From: a virus
Lineage: Duplodnaviria > Caudoviricetes
Virus record (IMG/VR): IMGVR_UViG_3300005663_000062
Location: 1-51,197 of that record
Length of the DNA stretch: 51,197 bases
Strand: one strand, 5' to 3'
Below are positions 9,013 to 17,332 of this stretch, in pieces. The notes under the pieces are model-generated. The model worked only from the letters and a program-made list of their open reading frames with translations. It was not told where the DNA came from and made no database searches. Positions within the stretch are counted from its first letter, which is position 1; each line of letters begins with the position of its first letter. A program made the translations under genes and the position numbers.

Positions 9013-9242
9013 TCTGCCCCTTCGATGTTATTCATTCTAAACTCCTCAAGAGATTGCAAAACTTCAATAAACTGAGGAACATCACAAATATGTACATTGA
9101 TAGAGTCATTTTTTATTTCGCAACAACCATCCCATTTGATATAGGCAGTATAGTCCCAATCTTCTAACCTGACTTCAAGAGCAATTTCGCCATCATCAAA
9201 GTCGTTTGTTATAATCCAATTTAATTCTTTTGTTTCTGTCAC
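9009..9242 (-). CDS. hypothetical acidic protein
   Basis: GTG start overlapping the upstream TGA; stop overlaps the Bbp19-like ATG. Confidence 0.5.
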   Translation of the reverse strand: MTETKELNWIITNDFDDGEIALEVRLEDWDYTAYIKWDGCCEIKNDSINVHICDVPQFIEVLQSLEEFRMNNIEGAE

Positions 9243-9546
9243 TTCTTTTTGTTCTTCTTACGCTTAGCTTTGATTTTCTTTCTTTGTTTCGGGGTATGTC
9301 CGTGTAGTGCCATTAGTTACTCCTTTACGAAAGCAAGTGGTTTATCAATTAAACCACTCTCACACATTATGTTTAGTGTTGTACGTATCCAACGAAGATT
9401 ACTACCCTCTATAGTCTCGTCTTCCTCTGCCATTTCCAATATCTGTACAAGCACTTTGTTTATAAATATTGATTCTCTTTCTGTAGGCATTAGTTACTTC
9501 TTGCTCCAAAAAACTTACGTTGTTTATTTGTCAATTTCTTTGCCAT

Positions 9547-11292
9547 TTACACGCCTACCGCCTCTCCTATCGCCGCCAGAGGCGAGCCTTCGGCTGTTTC
9601 GCCTTGTAACTTCGGTACGCTGTCAGCCATCTGCTGAGCTTCCTGTAAAGCCTGCTGTCTTGCCAACTCCTCTGCCCGTTGCTCTCGTATCTCTTCGACT
9701 TGTGCCGTTGACCTCATACCCTCCTGTGGGAAATCACTCGCATCAAGTAGGGCTTCGCTGAGCCAGTCTTCATCCACTCGGTCAACTATGTTCGGAAACA
9801 GAACTGAAGCCTCTGCAATTTCTCGCAACCCGTTCTTTATTGGCTGTAATATAAAGAGTCTTCTTTGCGCCTGAGCGAGTGGGCCGGTGAAACGGACGCT
9901 GATTTTAGTCCTTTGATTGCCACGCTCCTTTTCCTCTTCGATTCTGTCAACTAATATCTGGGGCGGCTCAGGTAATCTTCCTGCCTTATTTTCAATATCA
10001 GCAACAATATCGAAGTTCTTACTAAGGCCATCTTCTGTGAGTCTATCGACCTGCGGCCCCATTAACTGCGCCTGCTCGGATTTTATCTCTATAATCTCGG
10101 TAGCCGTGGCCTCGCCCTGCCTTCCGATAAAGGCGTTGAAGAACTCCACCCTGTATCCACCGTTGATGAATCTCTCGTAATACTGCTCTCTGTCGAGACC
10201 TACGGGGAAATTACTTCCGGGGTTAATGACCTCTATCTTATCTCCGCCTCTTTCAAAGTAGTTGTTACCGTCAGCGTCCATTCTCACATGACCCCTCTGG
10301 GCTTCAGGGACGTTACGCGCGGGTCTTACCGCTAACTGTGAAGCCTGCAACAGGGTCTTACTGATAGTATTCAACTTTTCAATCGCTACCATGAAGTCCA
10401 TTGCCGGAGAGTAACCGTAGATTTCGTCGCTATTTTTCCTGAATCTCCACACAGCGTAAGGGAATACATCGTAGCCACTCTCTTTAACGATGAGGTCATT
10501 CATGCCGTCACCTACGCCAGCTAAAAGAATCTCCGAAGTCTGGTTGGGATCGTTAAAACCTCCGGTCGAACCTTTGGTCTGGACGTAAACCGACTTGAAC
10601 TTCTTATTAGTTGAAGTGATAGAACCGAACTGAGGTTCATCGTTGGGATAGACCGCATGGATGAATTCGTGTTTCTTCTCAGGATTGGAAATGGCGTTCT
10701 GAGTAATATCGTTAGTCAGTCTGTTCTCGTCGAACATCTGCACAGCCTGTCTTGCGGTTAGGAAGAACTTCCTGAAAAGGACATCGACGTTCTGAAACTT
10801 ATTCTCGGCAATAAAAACTTCTCTCAGGTGGATAGGTATGTGGACTGTCGTACCGCCTTTAATATCCTCCTCGACGTACATCGTAGCCGTTCCAATCGAA
10901 CCTGCATCGTTAAACCATTCATTCAATACAGAGTAGAAGTTCGACCTGTCGTAAGCGGCGTACATCGCCTCGTCGTATTCCTGTAAGAATATTCTCACCT
11001 CGTCAATATCGTTCAGGGTATGGTCGCTCATCTCAGACTTGAACCATCTGAGAGACTTCGATACCATGAAGCCCTGCATCCCATCCCGCCATATCCCCAA
11101 AGCACTCGCAGGGGTCGGGTCGAATATCGCCTTACCTCTCTTCTGACCCTTCTTATCGTTTCTCGAAGAGTCTCGTATCAGTTCCCTTCTGGGATTGGTA
11201 AACGAAGCCGCCTGCTGGATAAGAGGCTCGTAGTCCCGCTTGACCTCTTCAAGTTGTTTCTGTCTCAGTAAGATTTGTCCCTGACCGCTCAT
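9547..11292 (-). CDS. portal / head-to-tail connector protein (T7 gp8/Bbp21-like)
   Basis: 581 aa; IFDPT...A, WF, RSNFY, GTATMYVEED, ESGY..FPY.V.R......E.YGYSP and TATEI motifs. Confidence 0.93.
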   Translation of the reverse strand: MSGQGQILLRQKQLEEVKRDYEPLIQQAASFTNPRRELIRDSSRNDKKGQKRGKAIFDPTPASALGIWRDGMQGFMVSKSLRWFKSEMSDHTLNDIDEVRIFLQEYDEAMYAAYDRSNFYSVLNEWFNDAGSIGTATMYVEEDIKGGTTVHIPIHLREVFIAENKFQNVDVLFRKFFLTARQAVQMFDENRLTNDITQNAISNPEKKHEFIHAVYPNDEPQFGSITSTNKKFKSVYVQTKGSTGGFNDPNQTSEILLAGVGDGMNDLIVKESGYDVFPYAVWRFRKNSDEIYGYSPAMDFMVAIEKLNTISKTLLQASQLAVRPARNVPEAQRGHVRMDADGNNYFERGGDKIEVINPGSNFPVGLDREQYYERFINGGYRVEFFNAFIGRQGEATATEIIEIKSEQAQLMGPQVDRLTEDGLSKNFDIVADIENKAGRLPEPPQILVDRIEEEKERGNQRTKISVRFTGPLAQAQRRLFILQPIKNGLREIAEASVLFPNIVDRVDEDWLSEALLDASDFPQEGMRSTAQVEEIREQRAEELARQQALQEAQQMADSVPKLQGETAEGSPLAAIGEAVGV

Positions 11293-11480
11293 CTGTATAT
11301 TTCCTCAACTTTGTCTGTTTCGGGATTGCTTCCAGTAGTAGAAACGTACATTCCGCACCAACAACATTTATCGACCTCAAAATTCGACATCCGTTCTGGC
11401 GAAGATAGAATCGCTTTCCCAACACAAGTCAATTTAACGCCATTTTCAGTATATACTTTTTTGTGTCTCATGCCGAACAC
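11289..11480 (-). CDS. hypothetical protein
   Basis: Stop overlaps the portal ATG (ATGA). Confidence 0.45.
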   Translation of the reverse strand: MFGMRHKKVYTENGVKLTCVGKAILSSPERMSNFEVDKCCWCGMYVSTTGSNPETDKVEEIYR

Positions 11481-11622
11481 CTCTCGTTTCTCGTTCTCTT
11501 AAGATATTCTCTCTCGGAAAATTCACAACCACTCGTCTTATGAATAAATACTTTTACTAAATATTTATCTTCACAAACAGGTCTAATTTCAAATTTCCAG
11601 TCATCGGGAATTATATGAGCCA

Positions 11623-11835
11623 TTATGCGCTTCCTCCCAACAGCGTTCCTTTGTTTGAAGCGTCCTCAGAGGAGCCTAATCCACCGCTCGTTAAGATAGT
11701 ACCCGCACGCCCGAACTGTCTAATCTTCTGTCTTCGTCTGGCGCGTTCCTTTTCCACAGTCTCTACGTCCAGGGGGACGGGACTTGGCACAGGTGCCTGC
11801 TGAGTCAGTACCGCTCGTTTTGGTTTCCCACCCAT
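11623..11835 (-). CDS. small pre-portal virion protein (T7 gp7.3-like)
   Basis: MGG start, Pro-rich, basic helix, GRAGTILTS.GLG...KGTLLG ending typical of the gene preceding podoviral portals. Confidence 0.7.
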   Translation of the reverse strand: MGGKPKRAVLTQQAPVPSPVPLDVETVEKERARRRQKIRQFGRAGTILTSGGLGSSEDASNKGTLLGGSA

Positions 11836-12007
11836 GATTAAGCCTTTCCTTTCCAGTCAGTAATCGCGTCTCTTACAACATCATTAACTTCTATATCATC
11901 TGTGCAGATGTGTATTTCGTCAGCCGGAAACCCAATACGTCCACTCGCCACGACAAATCCATCGTCTGCTTCTGTAATAGTTATTTCGTGTCGTTTTAAT
12001 TGTTCCA

Positions 12008-12430
12008 TCAGGCTTTACCAAGTAAAAGAAATTCGAACGCGTCCGTATTTGAGGCAGCGTCTATCACCACACCTAAATTACCAGCCGGATTTATAGATAT
12101 AAGATTAGCGTCGCCACTTTGAATTACAACGTGGGCAGCGGCCTCGGCGAATGTAGTAGTTCCCGCCGTATCCAGTTGTAAGAAGATAGTGCCGGACAAC
12201 GCCTTGATATAGAGATAAGTCATCTTCGTTAATGCTATCTGCGGAGCGAGGTCGCTAAGTTGTAACGCCGTCGCTGTCGCCGTAGCAACTACAAGCCTGC
12301 TCGGTGTAAATTCCACAGGTACGGTTAGAGTCAAGTCGTCGGGGAGTCCCTCAGAGTCAACGCCGTAAGTTATCGCCTGTCCGAGTCCTGTTACTTCAAG
12401 TTTAATATTTAATGTAGCTACACCTGCCAT
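12008..12430 (-). CDS. hypothetical (probably virion) protein
   Basis: 140-aa A/T/L-rich ORF coupled by TAATG to the upstream gene. Confidence 0.55.
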   Translation of the reverse strand: MAGVATLNIKLEVTGLGQAITYGVDSEGLPDDLTLTVPVEFTPSRLVVATATATALQLSDLAPQIALTKMTYLYIKALSGTIFLQLDTAGTTTFAEAAAHVVIQSGDANLISINPAGNLGVVIDAASNTDAFEFLLLGKA

Positions 12431-12648
12431 TAGTCTTTCTCCTTAAATTCACCACACCAGTCATCTGGCCATACCGCGCTATGTTCTTTCGCCATTTCTG
12501 TCTCTGGATTTTTATCATTTGAATTGTGATGCGTAGGGGGGTAACGATGACAGAATCCATAGTCACAGGTGTCAGCGTTATGCACGCCTTCTTTTTCATA
12601 AGTCCACGATGAATACCACTGAAAATATTTACAATCTTTACATTTCAT
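12430..12648 (-). CDS. small Cys-rich phage protein (CxxC...CHRYPP...DWCGEF)
   Basis: Motif pattern common in phage small proteins; ATGA overlap with TerL. Confidence 0.65.
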   Translation of the reverse strand: MKCKDCKYFQWYSSWTYEKEGVHNADTCDYGFCHRYPPTHHNSNDKNPETEMAKEHSAVWPDDWCGEFKEKD

Positions 12649-14180
12649 ACCGTTATCGGATTCCAGTCTCCTGATTCTCCTTCATTTACAGCATCCATGA
12701 AATACGGCAAGTAAGTCTTCGATACCCCGATAGGCCTGCCGTCAATATACAAGTGCCAGCGGTATGCCCTCGCCAAATGCCTGACGGCATCGGCTACGTG
12801 GCACGTCCAGTCCTTGACCGGATCACGATGGTATGCGGGTTTATCGTCCGTACTCAACTGTTCATTCTTCTTCTTTCTATATTTCTTCAATGCCGTTACT
12901 AAATCACGGCATTTAAGCTTATTTATTCTTAATTTTGTAAATATGCCCCTTACTTCCTCAATACCGTCATTAAATCCATGCTTCTCGACACAGTGCATAT
13001 CGTAACCAAGCTCTGCAAAACTGTCTCTTACCGTCTTACCGCCCCGCTTGCGGTTACTTCCAGTGTCGGGGTCTAAGTCCCAACCCGCCCAGTGAGCCTG
13101 ACGGGGAGCATAATTGTAAGGCTTCGTATCCATCATCTTCGCATAACCCGATACGCCAATACCGTCGTTATCGTAATAAAAGTCTATTACGCGCACTGTA
13201 CTCTGGATAAACTGGACAAATAATATAGCCGTATAAATATCGCCGTAGTCACCGAAAGTATAGACGGGCATATGCTCATCATGTGGGTAATCGCCTATAT
13301 GCTTTTCGCCCTTCAGAGCCGCCATTCTATCACCGTAAAACGTGCCTTCGAGGTAAGTTGGGAACTCGCCCAGGACTCTAATCCTGAAAATGTTACTGTC
13401 CTCGCCGTGCTCGGCAGCCATATCTTCATAGTATGTTCGTCCGGCTACGGACTGGATAATATCCTTACCCTCTTTGTAGTTGGGCGTGTCCTTAACGCTT
13501 ACGTTTATTACATTCCATCTACTCTCCGGCTGGCATATCTTGTAAAAATAACCTGTCGGGTCTGTCGGGTTACCTATCGCTAAAAAATGACAATTACTGT
13601 TTATCATTAACCCCTGCGTCGCCGCATTCCAAATCGGACGAATAATACCACAGGCTTCGTCGAAAATTATCAACACCCATTTGTTATGGTATCCCTGCAT
13701 CTTCGTGGCCTGCTCGGTGGCGGTATCGGGAGAGGTAGCGAAACCGAGAGCAAAGTTTAGTTCCCACTGGCCTCTCTCTTCAGGCGGTAAACCTTTGAGG
13801 ATGGAAGGTGATGGCTTGCAGTCCCACGTTAAAGTAGTCATCTTGCCGCCTAAAGGTATCTTAGACCCTGAATACGCAGAGTGTATCTCTTTCCATAACT
13901 GGTTTTTTACTAAAGTGTCAGAGGGGGCGGTGGTAATCACGGTAGAAGGCTGAAAGCATGTCTTAAACCATACAGCTATTCTCGCCGCTCCATAAGTCTT
14001 GGAAACGCTGTGACAGGCGGGAACAGCGGTGTACATATTGTCACGTACACTATTCGCTATTTCTTCCATCTTGGGCCAGAAATCCTTTACGCCCAGACAA
14101 TTTTCTATAAAACCGCGAGGGTCGCGTTGATAACCCCGCATCTTCTCTGCTATTAACTTGTGAGAATTAGTTACTTTCAT
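12645..14180 (-). CDS. terL: terminase large subunit
   Basis: Walker A-like ACHSVSKT, ITTAP, Walker B IIFDEA, AIGNPT; C-terminal nuclease D...HVADAVRH. Likely start ATG 14180 (MKVTN); the ORF track starts at 14198. Confidence 0.93.
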   Translation of the reverse strand: MKVTNSHKLIAEKMRGYQRDPRGFIENCLGVKDFWPKMEEIANSVRDNMYTAVPACHSVSKTYGAARIAVWFKTCFQPSTVITTAPSDTLVKNQLWKEIHSAYSGSKIPLGGKMTTLTWDCKPSPSILKGLPPEERGQWELNFALGFATSPDTATEQATKMQGYHNKWVLIIFDEACGIIRPIWNAATQGLMINSNCHFLAIGNPTDPTGYFYKICQPESRWNVINVSVKDTPNYKEGKDIIQSVAGRTYYEDMAAEHGEDSNIFRIRVLGEFPTYLEGTFYGDRMAALKGEKHIGDYPHDEHMPVYTFGDYGDIYTAILFVQFIQSTVRVIDFYYDNDGIGVSGYAKMMDTKPYNYAPRQAHWAGWDLDPDTGSNRKRGGKTVRDSFAELGYDMHCVEKHGFNDGIEEVRGIFTKLRINKLKCRDLVTALKKYRKKKNEQLSTDDKPAYHRDPVKDWTCHVADAVRHLARAYRWHLYIDGRPIGVSKTYLPYFMDAVNEGESGDWNPITV

Positions 14181-14196
14181 AATTTTCTCAAGGCAC

Positions 14197-14237
14197 AAAA
14201 AAAGAACCGCATAGGTGTATAGCCCTATACGGCTCTT
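14197..14237 (-). terminator. intrinsic terminator immediately upstream of terL
   Basis: mRNA AAGAGCCGUAUAGG-8 nt-CCUAUGCGGUUCUU followed by a U-run; 14-bp stem with 2 G-U pairs. Confidence 0.8.
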
Positions 14238-14250
14238 AGTTTGTCTTTCG

Positions 14251-14297
14251 TCAACCAGCCCCTGCCGGTTCGGTTGAACCCATTATTCAGTTGTCAA
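14251..14297 (-). promoter_or_regulatory. boxA-like antitermination element plus hairpin
   Basis: TTGACAACTGAATA resembles rRNA-leader boxA variants (TTGAAAACTGAA); followed by a TCAACC...GGTTGA stem, then the terminator. Confidence 0.35.
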
Positions 14298-14585
14298 TTA
14301 AGCTTCTTTTAATACTTTTTGAATATCAAGTTCTTTGGGATAAATAAAATGTATTTTATCATTTCCCCATTGAATAACATATACAGAAGACTGCCTCGGC
14401 TCTAACATATCAGGACTACCATAAATATCATCGCTGATAGTATTGCACATACGAGACACTTCTTTATCCGTCAATGCTCTATCATAGATATAAGCAGGAA
14501 TTTCGGCAGCCTTCTCCTTTGCCATCAAAACCGATGGTGCTATCGGTGAAATCGCAATCAGTTTTAAGAAGTTTCTACGTTCCAT
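14298..14585 (-). CDS. twin-arginine (Tat) signal small protein carrying LamG-like and major-capsid-like fragments
   Basis: MERRNFLK Tat motif; YIYDRALTDKEV resembles the LamG C-terminus; SSVYVIQWGNDKIHFIYPKE aligns ungapped to the capsid segment TSIWFIQWRAGGVYLIYPRN. Confidence 0.75.
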   Translation of the reverse strand: MERRNFLKLIAISPIAPSVLMAKEKAAEIPAYIYDRALTDKEVSRMCNTISDDIYGSPDMLEPRQSSVYVIQWGNDKIHFIYPKELDIQKVLKEA

Positions 14586-14841
14586 AAATCGTTCCCTTAC
14601 TCACAAATTTGCACACATCACCATCCTTTGCGCCGTCGAAAGGCATACGCAATCCCCCAAATTTATCAGTGGCTCTACTGGCGTCAACTTCTTTGTCGTT
14701 TATATAAAAACTCCAAGGCGCCTCTCTTCTTTTCTTTAAGCCAGAAGGAGGCCAAGGTGCATAGTTACTCTCCTTCGCCATCAGTACACTCGGTACGATG
14801 GGGGAAAGACCCAACAGTTTAAGAAATACTCTGCGATTCAT
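14575..14841 (-). CDS. twin-arginine (Tat) signal small protein, paralog of 14298..14585
   Basis: MNRRVFLKLLGLSPIVPSVLMAKE, near-identical signal region; different C-terminus. Confidence 0.75.
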   Translation of the reverse strand: MNRRVFLKLLGLSPIVPSVLMAKESNYAPWPPSGLKKRREAPWSFYINDKEVDASRATDKFGGLRMPFDGAKDGDVCKFVSKGTIYGT

Positions 14842-15035
14842 AGCTTTGTCCTAAGTGGCGAGGGCGTGTTTGACCCTTCATCGACTACCAATGGTTCGTT
14901 TATTACTAAAACAGGCTTTACGAGATATTCTAATAACATTGAATTCTGTTTAATTATAAACATATTCTGCTCAAGGATTTCGTCAATAGTTTTTAATACA
15001 TCTTTGCTGACTTTAACTATTTCTATTCTGTTCAT
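14838..15035 (-). CDS. hypothetical protein
   Basis: GAGG RBS, ATGA overlap with the next gene. Confidence 0.55.
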   Translation of the reverse strand: MNRIEIVKVSKDVLKTIDEILEQNMFIIKQNSMLLEYLVKPVLVINEPLVVDEGSNTPSPLRTKL

Positions 15036-15123
15036 TCAAATCCTCATAATGTACCGCCCAAAACGTCCTGCTGTATCGCCAGTGTATGTATTTGTTTAAT
15101 AGCCAAATCATAGTCTTTTCCTT

Positions 15124-15777
15124 CTAACATTCCGCACTTATCATCATAGTATACGCAAAACAGTTCAATGACCTGCTCTTTGTTATGAATTCTTTTCCAA
15201 TCTTAGGAAATTTCACTACGTATCTTATTTCTTTAATCACAAAACCAGCCTTATTTAGCATATATTTAATAAGCCCTAACGAAATAAACGTATGATGCTT
15301 GCATTGGCCGTATCTTCTGTATATGAACTCTTGATAAGAATAACCAAATAATATCCTCAGACGATTTACCAAATTTAAATCATAAGGGACAGAACATAAT
15401 AACTGACCACCCTTAACTAACACTCTTTTGATTTCCTTCATTAAGAATATCGGATCGAAAACATGCTCGATAATATCACCGGCCCATACCACATTAAACG
15501 CACCGTCAGGATACGGAATACCGGTATCCAAGTCATGCACTTTGCAGTTGAGACCCTTCTGCTTCGCTAAACCAATGGCCACCGGAGAGAAGTCCAATCC
15601 TGTTAGTTCGTGGCCGTCATCCTGTAATCGCTTCATTATCTCGCCCGAACCACAACCAATATCCAGTATGCTACTCACAGATTCACCCAGGAAATTAAAG
15701 AGAGCTTCCTCGGCTTTCGATATTAAGCATCGCTTGCCGGTTCTGTATCCGTTGTTTTCACGTTCTACGGGTATCAT
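15124..15777 (-). CDS. class I SAM-dependent methyltransferase (Methyltransf_11/23 type, often in glycan loci)
   Basis: ILDIGCGSG, GLDFS, DLD..IPY.D..FNVV...DIIEHV.DP and RVL..GG.L..SVP. Confidence 0.88.
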   Translation of the reverse strand: MIPVERENNGYRTGKRCLISKAEEALFNFLGESVSSILDIGCGSGEIMKRLQDDGHELTGLDFSPVAIGLAKQKGLNCKVHDLDTGIPYPDGAFNVVWAGDIIEHVFDPIFLMKEIKRVLVKGGQLLCSVPYDLNLVNRLRILFGYSYQEFIYRRYGQCKHHTFISLGLIKYMLNKAGFVIKEIRYVVKFPKIGKEFITKSRSLNCFAYTMMISAEC

Positions 15778-16178
15778 TCAATTATCCCCACAAATTCACA
15801 TAGCACACCCGGAGCATTCGGGTCAAGGGAAAGAAAACCGCTTCTAAGTAACGCCTCTGCCTCCTGTTCGAGACCAAGTTCTTTTATCCTGACTTTAAGT
15901 TCATTACTTATCTCCACTTCCTGCTCATGGACAAACTCTTTGGCTCGTCTTCTATCAGCTTCCTCTTTAGTGATAAACTCAAGCCCCTCAATTCGTACAT
16001 TATCAGCACCTATTTCAATAGTAGATTCCACTACCACCGTACCGTTGCTATCCGGACTCCACGCATGCTTCGCCTCTAAATTCTCTATTCGCAACTCAGT
16101 TATCCACCATGAAAAGACAAGCAAACTTAACACAATCAAGAGTATGATAATACGTAATTCTCGTTTAGCCGGCTTCAT
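15774..16178 (-). CDS. membrane-anchored protein containing one beta-helix-like rung
   Basis: N-terminal TM IIILLIVLSLLVFSWW; TIEIGADNVRIEGLEFIT resembles EFVVGAANIVIYNLRFVT of 3387..4424. Confidence 0.6.
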   Translation of the reverse strand: MKPAKRELRIIILLIVLSLLVFSWWITELRIENLEAKHAWSPDSNGTVVVESTIEIGADNVRIEGLEFITKEEADRRRAKEFVHEQEVEISNELKVRIKELGLEQEAEALLRSGFLSLDPNAPGVLCEFVGIIE

Positions 16179-16495
16179 ATGTCAAGAGCTTTCGTGGGAG
16201 AGCTGCATTTACTGCACAAACCATAACGAGACCAATTACTTACGCGACCACATATATAGCAATTGTAAGACTCAATGATAGCATCAGGTGTGGCAAAGCT
16301 ATCTACAGCATCAAGAGGTGATGGGATTTCGACAGGATAAGTCAAAGGCGTACCATACATCACTTCCATCGCCAAAGTGGGGTTAGTCATAAATAAGGCC
16401 TCCACCTGCTCCTGTGCCGCAAATCGAGCATTGTTCGTTATAGGAAAGCCACAAGAATTTACAAACCGGACTAATTCATTATATATGTCAAACAT
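16175..16495 (-). CDS. hypothetical protein with C-terminal Zn-finger (CxxC...CxxC)
   Basis: CYIC...CSKC; ATGA overlap. Confidence 0.55.
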   Translation of the reverse strand: MFDIYNELVRFVNSCGFPITNNARFAAQEQVEALFMTNPTLAMEVMYGTPLTYPVEIPSPLDAVDSFATPDAIIESYNCYICGRVSNWSRYGLCSKCSSPTKALDI

Positions 16496-16685
16496 TACGG
16501 GTTATCCTGATAATAAAGTTATATACTATAAACCTGAAATTAAAATTCCATCCGTACCATCCACCCCTCTTGCCATCGTAACATCGCATTAATTCAAAAC
16601 CTAAACCTCCTACGTTACTGGGATGATATTCACCTAATAAAATGTGCCTGTTACCTATATTAAAATTTGTACTTAACATTGTCAA
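16488..16685 (-). CDS. hypothetical protein
   Basis: AAGGAAG RBS, AT-rich ORF. Confidence 0.4.
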   Translation of the reverse strand: MTMLSTNFNIGNRHILLGEYHPSNVGGLGFELMRCYDGKRGGWYGWNFNFRFIVYNFIIRITRNV

Positions 16686-16799
16686 GCACTTCCTTAAAGA
16701 ATGATATTTCAGTTATACAAAGACCCCCTTGGTACCTTATCGTCGCACCAGACCGAAGCCCCCTCCCCTACCCGGCCTTCTCTTAGGATGCGTCCTTTT

Positions 16800-17330
16800 T
16801 TATTCATGTGCTCGTATCTCGTAGTCCTGTTGATAGCCTGTGTCCGGCTCTGCGCTGAGTGTATCATCCGTTGATATGCCTACGCCTGTATATGGCCTGC
16901 CCGGACATACCTGCTCATAGTGCATGGCGTTGGCCATCCTTGTAGTGCGTGCCTGCTCATCGACTGTGCCGTCCGGGTTGGTAGTCAGACGGTTGATGCC
17001 AGCTACGATAGATGGATGTAGCTCGGGCTCATCGCCTATCCTCGGCGGTGCTGCTCCTGCTCTCTTGGCCTTAGCTCTACCACTCCAGGCACATGGGCCA
17101 CAGCATACGAGTATCGGCTCTATCTCATTACCACAACACCAACAATGTCCGGGCTTGACAAGCTGTGTGCGCTGTCTGTGCGCCTTGTCATTAGGGCCAA
17201 GCTTATCAGGCACGGTAACGCCTCCATTCTCATAGGTAACGCCTTCATTAAGTAACGCCTTTTGCTTGGCTTTGTAACGCCTTTGGCGCTCGGCGTTAGC
17301 CTCTTTCTGTTTATCCTTGTCTTTATACAT
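16800..17330 (-). CDS. hypothetical protein downstream of terS (basic N-terminal helix, Cys cluster)
   Basis: MYKDKDKQKEANAERQRRYK...GVT repeats; CWCC...CCGPC. Confidence 0.65.
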   Translation of the reverse strand: MYKDKDKQKEANAERQRRYKAKQKALLNEGVTYENGGVTVPDKLGPNDKAHRQRTQLVKPGHCWCCGNEIEPILVCCGPCAWSGRAKAKRAGAAPPRIGDEPELHPSIVAGINRLTTNPDGTVDEQARTTRMANAMHYEQVCPGRPYTGVGISTDDTLSAEPDTGYQQDYEIRAHE

Positions 17331-17332
17331 AT

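Noticed and set aside
14238-14297. c-di-GMP-I or other known riboswitch before the terL terminator
   Set aside because: Has GAAA and hairpins but lacks the GEMM P1/P2 consensus; kept only as a boxA-like element.
16175-16495. Possible further capsid-mimic segment (QEQVEAL...LAMEVMYG vs capsid QERPHIEAM...FANTMVAG)
   Set aside because: Similarity needs gaps and is too weak to support by eye.
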